Source: Fidelibacterota bacterium (GTDB lineage: Bacteria; Fidelibacterota; UBA8477; JABMPR01). From it: a stretch of 64,000 nt of DNA. Shown here piece after piece: positions 9,801-17,241 of the stretch. The first letter of the stretch is position 1. Each line of letters starts with the position of its first letter. The stretch is from the NCBI GenBank assembly GCA_018650445.1, contig JABIFX010000077.1, positions 23,476-87,475 on the forward strand, given 5' to 3'. Both the position numbers and the translations under genes were made by a program. Under the pieces are notes generated by a model, which saw only the letters and a program-made list of their open reading frames with translations, was not told the origin of the DNA and ran no database searches.

Positions 9801-11524
9801 CCACCACAATTCAACATGAGCAGACCCTGGATTGGGATGATGTTCTGCTATTTGATAAGCCAGTCCCAAACAAGCACCGGGTACGTATCAGATCAGCATT
9901 TGTCAATACATCAATCCTGAATGAATCAATGTATCTATTCTTTGAGGGCAAGCAGCTATCCCTTGATAAAATCCCACCTCAGGGTATCTGGATCAATTTA
10001 TTGGGAAGAGCTCATGGAAAAACAGTCTATCGTGTCACCATTCAGAGTAGTGAGGGCAGCTTTAAATTTGTCTTCAATTTGAACGACGATCTGAGTTCAG
10101 ATCAAGTCAATACTGAATTATTCTGGTTGATAGCTTGCGCCCGGGACAGTCAATTCAATCAATTGGTTGAGACATTGGGATCTTATAAACCCGAGCAAGA
10201 TCTCTGGTCAGAAGAGTTTATTTCAGGTTTGACAGTACGACAATATTTGAAGCAGGCAGAATGGGCTGGATCTTCGGATGAGATGCCTTCACCCGAGTAT
10301 ATATGGCCGCATTTTGTTTGGACCTCAGTACTTACTTACACGAGTTTTTGGAAGAGAACCCGATTCAAGAAGATCATTTCTGTTCCAAGTCCTGGAAAAA
10401 TTGTGGTTCCAATTCATGACTACCATGTTGGTGGTAGACTGGTATCCATTTCTGGTATCACCGAGGTTTCATCCGAACTCGAGTTTGTTGAGAACCTTGA
10501 GAAACTATTTGTTCGGGCTACCGAAAAGGAATTTCCAAAATTCAAGCTCAATGTAGGTACTGATATCGTTTACCACGCAATGCGAGAAGCACTGGGACAA
10601 AAACATTCCCCTGCGTTTTTCGAGGCTATACTGGCTGATAAGGCGATCACTCCCTTTAGAAAAAAAGATCTCCTCAGTTTTCTTTCAAGCGCTGAGGAAG
10701 AAGGTTTTCAGACCAAATCGGTCTACTTTGCCATTCGCCGATATCACCGCTGGCTCTTGATTAATCAGGATGCAACTTTAAATGCAAAAGCTCATTTCCT
10801 GAAGGGTCTATATAGAGATTATAATATCCAGGACAGTGAACCTGAATACCCTGACGCTCGAGTACAATTATTTATGGATACCGTATTTTCTGAGTCTGAT
10901 TCAAAGCTGAAAGATTATCTGGCGCTCCTGGGACGTAACCTGCGTCACCGCTCTTTGGATGGAGGAACGCTCCAAAGTGAAATCAGCCAGTATATTGGAT
11001 CAAATGAGCTGGATGAATACTGTTCCTTTTTTCTTAAAAGACTGGCTTTTCCTGAATTACCCCCTAGTGAAGATATTGAACTCATTGCTACACGCTCCAC
11101 TGCGATGGATGAGGTAGAGATTATGATCTCGCGTCATGATAGCAAGGGAACCACTTTTCGAATTAGACGAGCGATGCATCCAAAAGAAATCATTCAGCTG
11201 CAGCAGCATTTTGTAAAGGCTCGTCTGGATGTCGACTTCACCCATGAACACAAATTCCTGGTGGCTTTAAATAAGAAAGACAGAGTCATTGGTGGTCTTT
11301 TCTATCTAGACCAGGGAGAAGAGGTTGTATACATGGATAAGCTTGTGGTCTCAGACAATCATCGAGGTGGTGGGGTCAGCAGGGGTCTTTTAAATGAATT
11401 CGTAAATCGAATGCGAAATGCTAAGAAAAAGATGATTACCACAGGATTTCTCCATCCTGGATATTTCTATAAATTTGGTTTTATAATTGAAAAAGACCAG
11501 GGAGGCCTGGTCAAATATTTATAA
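6887..11524 (+). CDS. Three-module 1545-aa protein: N-terminal AMP-forming long-chain acyl-CoA synthetase domain, a ~750-aa region with no recognisable motifs, and a C-terminal GNAT acyl-CoA N-acyltransferase domain
   Basis: GTG start. AMP-binding motifs are MYTSGTTGYPKGIVFTYENI, GYGMTEATGG and a C-terminal-subdomain lysine motif TEKGTFKRASI. The GNAT motif A is VVSDNHRGGGVSRGLLNEF in the last ~150 aa. I recognise no motifs in residues ~640-1390. Confidence 0.85.
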   Translation: MKYSLHDLLENVDKDSLEQESALVQYFKDLETQSPDDLGTWCRDLLKYGNNILAAGSRKSLTFLLEQGWNPSFTSLIKASHIQDEWFKLEMELVRKLNYTPGYLFNRKAEQLGNKALFNFKQGRQWQHQSWSAVQQSVNHLAAALIDLMGSTSPRIAIISENRLEVAITDIACLTHGFVNVPIQPAAPPAQIAYILAHAEIEGIFISDSQHLRSIESILPDLPAIKHIITYNSVATINPMVKSYKRLLDEGGSADALEWLEGIRLSVSLSNIASIMYTSGTTGYPKGIVFTYENIVSKRFARSLALNLGTKDRFLCFLPLFHTFGRFLEMWGSIFWGAEYTFSSGKGVQSLLSDLKAIKPTVLISIPKRWQDIYDNIGSKVDFINDESTTIAPVVKDVTGGSLQWGLSAAGYLPPEVFKFFQAHDLHLHSGYGMTEATGGITMTPTDGYIENSVGVPLPGMEIRLADDGELWIRGAYVSGSYWNPVDPDDRPDGWFTTGDIFQSLDNGQIEIIDRKKEIYKNAKGQTIAPQKIENMFRDFDSIHQLFIVGDHMPYNTALVRLNKKHKDLRDIWSDKQRVRDYVANVIHSVNSFLAPFERIVAFRQVDRNFDKDLGELTEKGTFKRASILEHFKDTVESLYERSYKSFFMEDLEIQIPNWVFLQRGWTQNDLVFKDHILRHRNKRHTLRIEPGKDEIRIGAFFYQFQGKILQFEDFIRQPAYCIGNQELEEFLDYSHLRIKPINLKPTLLPGTWTDLEFSNKAKLQAEAEVEKALKHSDYSLEALKPVIMLVYSQTLHPSQPGYRLLNRIYSNSNESIRHIVRYAFLRLIRSDDLVQAQFAVEQVVALFPANDLERIVTYALGRKVLFNLDTGSLSWSNINIHKVKMAADYLKWLSYQEAQAEKSSILFENALGVLYSWSKQFPQYYTTIRTAMISSSVNLPVKSIISKEILKIYAALNDDFSKSMQDMDPETTTIQHEQTLDWDDVLLFDKPVPNKHRVRIRSAFVNTSILNESMYLFFEGKQLSLDKIPPQGIWINLLGRAHGKTVYRVTIQSSEGSFKFVFNLNDDLSSDQVNTELFWLIACARDSQFNQLVETLGSYKPEQDLWSEEFISGLTVRQYLKQAEWAGSSDEMPSPEYIWPHFVWTSVLTYTSFWKRTRFKKIISVPSPGKIVVPIHDYHVGGRLVSISGITEVSSELEFVENLEKLFVRATEKEFPKFKLNVGTDIVYHAMREALGQKHSPAFFEAILADKAITPFRKKDLLSFLSSAEEEGFQTKSVYFAIRRYHRWLLINQDATLNAKAHFLKGLYRDYNIQDSEPEYPDARVQLFMDTVFSESDSKLKDYLALLGRNLRHRSLDGGTLQSEISQYIGSNELDEYCSFFLKRLAFPELPPSEDIELIATRSTAMDEVEIMISRHDSKGTTFRIRRAMHPKEIIQLQQHFVKARLDVDFTHEHKFLVALNKKDRVIGGLFYLDQGEEVVYMDKLVVSDNHRGGGVSRGLLNEFVNRMRNAKKKMITTGFLHPGYFYKFGFIIEKDQGGLVKYL

Positions 11525-11546
11525 GATGCAGTAGCTGGAAATGAGT

Positions 11547-11999
11547 TTAATCCTCTTTTTCACCCTCTGCATTATCCGCGTCGTCTTTTTTCTTATCCTC
11601 AGCTTCCAGATAATTCGTCATCACTTTTGAGATAGTTGCCTGTTGAATTGCAGCCTTTAACTCATCATCACTAAACGGTTTTGTGAAAATTCCATGCGAG
11701 CTTGCTGCACGAGCTGAGTCAAGCGTAGGCGTATCTGTGTGGGCTGTAATAAAGATAACAGGAATATCGGTTTCCTGTCTGATTTCCCGAGTGGCTTCGA
11801 GACCATTCATCGTGCCTTTAAGGGTAATATCCATGAGGATGACGTCAGGTTCATTTTCACTGGCTACAGCGATGGCATCTCGGCCATTATTCACAATTCC
11901 AAGAACCTGAAAACCCATTGCTTCAAGTCTCAGCTTGATTTCGCTAGCAACAACTACCTCATCCTCAACAATGAGTACCCGTGTATCTATTAACTGCAT
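11547..11999 (-). CDS. Single-domain response regulator (CheY-like receiver) with an acidic Lys/Asp/Glu-rich tail
   Basis: Motifs LIVEDEVVV...DVILMDITL...PVIFITAH. ATG at 11997-11999. Convergent with the 1545-aa gene, with 22 bp between the stops. Confidence 0.85.
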   Translation of the reverse strand: MQLIDTRVLIVEDEVVVASEIKLRLEAMGFQVLGIVNNGRDAIAVASENEPDVILMDITLKGTMNGLEATREIRQETDIPVIFITAHTDTPTLDSARAASSHGIFTKPFSDDELKAAIQQATISKVMTNYLEAEDKKKDDADNAEGEKED

Positions 12000-12136
12000 T
12001 TGCTAATTATTTCCAAGTTGATCACACATGAATCCTATCCACAATATTTGCTGTCATTAATCGTTAAATTTATTATTGGCCGGAGATCAACCTAACAATA
12101 TTTGCCCAATATTTTTTAAGGTGATGGTATTAAAAC

Positions 12137-12166
12137 ATAAAAGCCCCGGTTTTACCCAGGGCTTTG
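12137..12166 (-). terminator. Intrinsic terminator for citrate synthase (hairpin gccctggg/ccggggc with a G:U pair, followed by a U-run on the minus strand)
   Basis: The sequence aaaagccccggttttacccagggctttg lies immediately 3' of the gene. Confidence 0.6.
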
Positions 12167-12186
12167 TATCGGTCTGATCCCCGCTT

Positions 12187-13491
12187 TTATAGTATAGACT
12201 TGATATATTCTGTTGTAAGTGATTTTGGTCGCTCAAGAGGCAGACCAATTGCCCTATCCCAAACTGTAGACGCCAACACACCCATGGCACGGGAAACACC
12301 AAATAGCACTGTATAAAAATCATACTCATGCATTCCATTATGAACCAGTAGTACTCCAGAATGAGCATCTACGTTTGGCCATGGATTTTTAGCTTTGCCC
12401 TGCTCCAGCAAAATCGGTGGAACTACCTCATACAGCATACTCACCACCTGGAAGAGTTCATCCTCGGGCATATGCTTGAGGGCAAATTCACGTTGTGCTG
12501 AGTAGCGCGGGTCCGTCTTACGCAATACAGCATGACCGTAACCGGGAATGACATTACCTGAAGCAAGTGTATCCCAGACAAATTTCTTTAAATCTTCCAT
12601 GGTGGGAACACCCCCACCCAGCTGATCTTTTACATCCATAATCCAACGTAATACTTCTTGATTTGCCAAACCGTGCAGTGGACCTGCCAAACCGTTCATA
12701 CCAGCTGATAATGCATAATAGACATCTGATAAAGTAGAACCAACAAGATGTGTTGTGTGTGCTGATACGTTTCCACCCTCATGATCTGCGTGAATAGTCA
12801 GATATATTCTCATGAGCTCTCTAAACATCTTGGTATCAAAACCCATCATGTGAGCAAAGTTACCACCCCAATCAAGTGATGGATCAGCAGGAATGACTTT
12901 ACCATCTTTATATGAACGAAGGTAAATATAGGCTGCCAGGGCTGGGAGACGGGCGAGAAGATTCATGGTATCTTCATAGACAGGCTTCCAATAATCCATC
13001 TTGTTAATGCCCTTGCGATATTCAGCGGCAAAGATTGATTCAGTCTGCTGAGCAACAATACCCACCGAGAACTGCGTCATGGGATGTGTATCTTTTGGGA
13101 GAGCATCTATGGCTTTGTAGACATGTTCAGGAAGAGCTCCGCGTTCTTGCCATTCCCTGGTAATCTCAGCAATATTATCCTCGGTTGGTAACTCCCCGGT
13201 CATTAATAGATAGAATAGCCCTTCAGGTAATGGTTCTTCACCTTCAGCAGCGTGAGGGAGTTTCTCCTGGAGCTCTGGGATAGTAAACCCGCGAAAGCGG
13301 ATACCTTCATCTGGATCCAAAGCGGAGGTTTCGGTAATCATAACTTTTACTCCACGCATACCGCCGTATGCCTGCGCAACAGTTACATCACATAATTTTT
13401 TATCCCCATGATTCTTTCTTATCTCCCCTACTTCATTGCGAAATTTAGGGATGATCTCCTCTAATTTGCTTTTTAACAATGACATATTCAA
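12187..13491 (-). CDS. gltA: Citrate synthase (type I)
   Basis: 434 aa containing the citrate-synthase signature region HADHEGGNVSAHTTHLVGSTLSDVYYALSAGMNGLAGPLHGLANQEV. Confidence 0.93.
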   Translation of the reverse strand: MNMSLLKSKLEEIIPKFRNEVGEIRKNHGDKKLCDVTVAQAYGGMRGVKVMITETSALDPDEGIRFRGFTIPELQEKLPHAAEGEEPLPEGLFYLLMTGELPTEDNIAEITREWQERGALPEHVYKAIDALPKDTHPMTQFSVGIVAQQTESIFAAEYRKGINKMDYWKPVYEDTMNLLARLPALAAYIYLRSYKDGKVIPADPSLDWGGNFAHMMGFDTKMFRELMRIYLTIHADHEGGNVSAHTTHLVGSTLSDVYYALSAGMNGLAGPLHGLANQEVLRWIMDVKDQLGGGVPTMEDLKKFVWDTLASGNVIPGYGHAVLRKTDPRYSAQREFALKHMPEDELFQVVSMLYEVVPPILLEQGKAKNPWPNVDAHSGVLLVHNGMHEYDFYTVLFGVSRAMGVLASTVWDRAIGLPLERPKSLTTEYIKSIL

Positions 13492-13716
13492 AACTCCTTA
13501 ATAAATTCTGATCTCAAAACAAGAATGTTTAAAGTAAATTACTCACCAAATCATTAATGCTGTTTGGCAATTATTACTCTAAGCGAATACTTCTGCAAAT
13601 ATAATGCCTGTAATTAGATATTGCGGAAATATTTTATTGCTAATATGAAAGTACTGAAGCCTGCTTTTGGACTCCCTTATTGATTTCTTTTTATTATTCT
13701 GTTCTTAGTTTCCACA

Positions 13717-15090
13717 ATGACTGATCCTTCAATCAAGCTCCCCTCTCACTTGGAAAATAGACTCCGAAGACAACTCGGAGAAGAGTACGAGCAATTTTAC
13801 GCTGCCCTGAGAGAACCTCCGCCAATATCTATACGAATGAATCCAGGGAAGCCCACAAATCAATATCCCAATACGGCCCCCATCGCCTGGTCCGAGCAGG
13901 GGAAGTATTTGGAATCTCGACCCCGGTTTACCAATGATCCTTTATTCCATGCCGGCACATATTATGTCCAGGAAGCTTCATCTATGTTTCTGGAACATGC
14001 TCTAAAAGGCGTTATCGATCTCGAGCAAAACCATCGAGTCCTGGATCTTAGCGCGGCACCCGGGGGGAAAACTACGCACCTCCAGTCTCTCTTATCAAAA
14101 GACTCCCTTCTCATAGCTAACGAGATCATTGCTTCCCGAAATAAAATACTTCGTCAAAATCTTGCCCGTTGGGGTGGTGATAATCATATCGTAACCCAGA
14201 GCGATCCAAAATATTTCAAAAAACTGCCCAATTTTTTTGATCTTATCCTGGTGGACGCACCCTGCTCAGGGGAAGGTCTGATGCGCAAAGACCCTGGAGC
14301 CATTAAGGAGTGGTCTGAAGACAATGTGTTACTTTGTTCGCGACGTCAAAAACGCATCCTAGCTGATATTTTACCCTCTCTGGCCAAGGGAGGTATCCTG
14401 ATCTACAGTACTTGTACCTTTTCTGAAGCAGAGAATGAAGCCAATATGGAGTGGCTGGAGCAGGAATCTGGCTTAACGCCTCTACCTCTGGATATTCCTG
14501 AATCATGGGGCATTGTCAAAAGTGGCCCAGATCAAACCAGCTATAGGTTTTACCCCCACCACACAAGTGGTGAAGGATTTTTTATCGCAGCTTTCAGAAT
14601 GGCTAGTTCTCCATCCGTGCCGGGCAAATCAAGGCGTAAGCCCATCCGTTATCCTGAATTAGCAACACCCGAAGACCAGAAATGGCTGCAATCTCCAGAC
14701 AGATATACCTTCCTGACACGTGAGGAGCACCGGCATGCCATTCCCAAATCAATTTATGAAGACTATCTCACAATCAGTCGGTCCCTCCGAATTACAAGTT
14801 CAGGTCTCTATATGGGGAAGGTGTATCACGGTGAACTCAAGCCATCTCCCGAGTTGGCGCTAAATCAAGCGCTCTCCCGTGACATCCAATGCATCGAACT
14901 TTCATCCGATGAGGCTCTTGATTATCTGGCTCACATAAATAAGAGTCATGGAGAGGATTACCAACCAGGGTATAATCTGGTCGTTCATCAAGGGTACGGG
15001 CTAGGGTGGCTACATGTCCTGAAAACAGGACAAATTCGCAATAAGTATCCGGCAGCCTGGCGTATTCTGCAGCGTCACCCCAAATATTAA
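13717..15090 (+). CDS. rsmF: rRNA (cytosine-C5) methyltransferase, NOL1/NOP2/Sun family (RsmF-like)
   Basis: SAM-binding motif LDLSAAPGGKTT and catalytic motif DAPCSGEG, with a C-terminal RsmF-type extension. Confidence 0.75.
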   Translation: MTDPSIKLPSHLENRLRRQLGEEYEQFYAALREPPPISIRMNPGKPTNQYPNTAPIAWSEQGKYLESRPRFTNDPLFHAGTYYVQEASSMFLEHALKGVIDLEQNHRVLDLSAAPGGKTTHLQSLLSKDSLLIANEIIASRNKILRQNLARWGGDNHIVTQSDPKYFKKLPNFFDLILVDAPCSGEGLMRKDPGAIKEWSEDNVLLCSRRQKRILADILPSLAKGGILIYSTCTFSEAENEANMEWLEQESGLTPLPLDIPESWGIVKSGPDQTSYRFYPHHTSGEGFFIAAFRMASSPSVPGKSRRKPIRYPELATPEDQKWLQSPDRYTFLTREEHRHAIPKSIYEDYLTISRSLRITSSGLYMGKVYHGELKPSPELALNQALSRDIQCIELSSDEALDYLAHINKSHGEDYQPGYNLVVHQGYGLGWLHVLKTGQIRNKYPAAWRILQRHPKY

Positions 15091-15153
15091 ACATAACAGT
15101 AACTATTACTATTTTCTTGAATTCAGCAGTGCTTCGCTTACTTTTAGGATAAT

Positions 15154-15540
15154 ATGGAACCAATTAAACAAAGATATAGTCATCAACGAGAAACCATCCT
15201 TCAAGTCGTACAGAGTACACTAGTACACCCCAATGCAGATTCGGTCTACAAGGAAACTAGAAAAATAATTCCCAATATCAGCCTGGGAACAGTCTACCGG
15301 AATTTAAACCAACTTGTTGAGAGTGGTCGGATTCTTAAACTCAAAGATGAAGCCATGGTACGCTATGATGGAAATACGGGACAGCACGATCACTTTCGCT
15401 GCTCAAAGTGTGGCAAGTGGTATGATGTGGAGCTGATTGATCAATCCATCTTTAAATCATTTGCTGAGAAACATGACTTTCGGATTGAGTCCTTTAATCT
15501 TGAGTTGGCAGGTACCTGCAAAAGTTGTCTTGATTCATAA
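15154..15540 (+). CDS. Fur-family metalloregulator (Fur/Zur/PerR type; specificity not assignable)
   Basis: 128 aa with the DNA-recognition helix ISLGTVYRNL, the HDH motif QHDHFRC and two CxxC pairs (CSKCGK, CKSC). Confidence 0.75.
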   Translation: MEPIKQRYSHQRETILQVVQSTLVHPNADSVYKETRKIIPNISLGTVYRNLNQLVESGRILKLKDEAMVRYDGNTGQHDHFRCSKCGKWYDVELIDQSIFKSFAEKHDFRIESFNLELAGTCKSCLDS

Positions 15541-15559
15541 TCAGGATCAAAATTTGAAT

Positions 15560-15594
15560 AAAAAAAAAGGAGAGCATTGCTCTCCTTTTTTTTT
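15560..15594. terminator. Bidirectional intrinsic terminator shared by the Fur-like gene (+) and the rhodanese lipoprotein gene (-)
   Basis: The sequence aaaaaaaaaggagagcattgctctcctttttttttg has a 7-bp stem flanked by an A-run and a T-run. Confidence 0.75.
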
Positions 15595-15608
15595 GTAAAA
15601 GTATTTTT

Positions 15609-16310
15609 TTACCGAAACTGGATATTGTAGCCTTTGCTGGCCCAACCCATAATTCCCATACGCAAATTCATCACATCCTTATAGCCCTTATCCAAAAGAA
15701 TCTTGGAGGCAGTAGTACTGCGATTGCCTGTGGCACAGTATATCAGGATAGGTTGATTCTCATACTGCTCTAATTCCCCAGCTCTGGCCTGAAGGTCCTG
15801 CAAGGGAATCAATACCGCTCCCTTGATGTATCCCCTGCTATACTCATTTGCTGTCCGCACATCCAGTAGCAGAGGTGGATTCTTCAACAACATCTTCCAG
15901 GCTTCTTCAGCCCCCAATTCACGGTAATTGGATTGACGTAATTCGACGACATCTATTTGGCCAACCTTCTCACCAATTTTAAATTGGTAAGTTCCAGCTT
16001 TTTTCATTTTGAAAAAGGGCTGCTCCAAGGTGTTGTCCTTCAGAACCACACTCACACCTAATTCAGCTATGTCGAGTGGATATTCTATCTGGGCATGACC
16101 TTGGTCATCAATGTAGAACTTTACATAGTCCCCACGGTATACAACCAGTTTTGTTGAATCACTTTTCATGTTTACGGGAAGATGGCGATAACCACCCTGA
16201 ACTTTACCTGACACTTCTACAGGGGTGTCACTCCCTCCACCTAAATTGTCACTACATGAGAACATCAATATTCCACTCATCAATAATATGCTAATAATTT
16301 TCAATTTCAT
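15609..16310 (-). CDS. Lipoprotein with a C-terminal rhodanese (sulfurtransferase) domain
   Basis: Likely start MKLKIIS with AGGAGG upstream. The track ORF extends to 16337. Signal and lipobox LMFSCS. Rhodanese active-site loop IYCATGNRS. Confidence 0.7.
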   Translation of the reverse strand: MKLKIISILLMSGILMFSCSDNLGGGSDTPVEVSGKVQGGYRHLPVNMKSDSTKLVVYRGDYVKFYIDDQGHAQIEYPLDIAELGVSVVLKDNTLEQPFFKMKKAGTYQFKIGEKVGQIDVVELRQSNYRELGAEEAWKMLLKNPPLLLDVRTANEYSRGYIKGAVLIPLQDLQARAGELEQYENQPILIYCATGNRSTTASKILLDKGYKDVMNLRMGIMGWASKGYNIQFR

Positions 16311-16488
16311 CATTCCTCCTGAAGCTATAGATGCCATATATATGCAAAGGTGACAATTTAAATACTAATTAAATATTTTCTCATGGGCAATTGAATTGAA
16401 ATTAGGAATTCAGGTGCAATATCGTCATCCAAGTGAGTCATGACCAGTTCTGTGTGGCGGTTTCCACATCTGATTTGTGGGATTTATT

Positions 16489-17166
16489 TTACTTTTTGGA
16501 TAGTACGTGCTCAAGCCACGCTTGAATATGTTCCAGCTCTGGCTGGGAAATTTCATGGCCCATAGCGTATTCATGGTGTTCCAGATCAGCGATGGGGTCC
16601 CAAAAGGATACAATCTGACGACCAAATTCTATGGGAATGACATTATCATGGGTACCATGACCAGCAAAAACTGGTAGATGATTAAATCTTGAGGTATCGC
16701 CAGAAAACTCAACCATATCATCTGGTAGTCGGCCACTCATGATGAGCAATGCTTGCAGGAGCTCTGGTTTTTGCAGGCTTATCAGATTTGAAATGGTCGC
16801 CCCCTGGCTAAATCCAGCAAGAATAATCTGTTTCTCAGGGATTATTCCATCCAGTTGCATATGGGAAAGTATTTCAATCACGCCCTGGGTGCTCACTTTG
16901 GCCTGATCAATATTAAATCTAAGCGTGCCATCAGAGAGCATATCAATATCAAACCATGAAGCACCACCATAAGGCGTTAGTCCACTACCCCTAATACTCA
17001 ACACCTGGATATCGGGATTAAAGTAAGATGCCAGACCCATAAGGTCATACTCGTCTGCACCATATCCATGCAGTAGCACAAGTGTGGCACGAACCTTCTT
17101 CAAATCTCGGGCAGGTCTATGCAAGACACTTCTACCTTTGATATCAAGTTGCTCAATATTATTCAT
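16489..17166 (-). CDS. Phospholipase/carboxylesterase-family alpha/beta hydrolase
   Basis: Motifs LLHGYGADE and nucleophile elbow GFSQG. A His lies in ...GHGTHD. Confidence 0.8.
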   Translation of the reverse strand: MNNIEQLDIKGRSVLHRPARDLKKVRATLVLLHGYGADEYDLMGLASYFNPDIQVLSIRGSGLTPYGGASWFDIDMLSDGTLRFNIDQAKVSTQGVIEILSHMQLDGIIPEKQIILAGFSQGATISNLISLQKPELLQALLIMSGRLPDDMVEFSGDTSRFNHLPVFAGHGTHDNVIPIEFGRQIVSFWDPIADLEHHEYAMGHEISQPELEHIQAWLEHVLSKK

Positions 17167-17203
17167 AATTGGATTATAGTTTCAGTAATGTAATGGATTG
17201 AAC

Positions 17204-17229
17204 CAAGCGGGGATGCGACTCCCCGCTTG
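17204..17229 (-). other. Perfect 10-bp GC-rich stem-loop (caagcgggga-tgcgac-tccccgcttg) between the pruA stop and the esterase start; no U-tract
   Basis: Seen directly in the sequence. It lacks a flanking T-run on either strand. Confidence 0.5.
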
Positions 17230-17241
17230 GAAATTGACTAT

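Noticed and set aside
11683-11993. Two + strand ORFs (75 and 84 aa) inside the response-regulator gene
   Set aside because: They are antisense to a gene with clear REC motifs, have no RBS and no recognisable motif. These and the many other 60-120-aa antisense or alternate-frame ORFs in the track (for example 14..313, 1817..2203, 17389..17712, 30775..31293, 34578..34970, 54853..55362, 60963..61568) are treated as non-coding.
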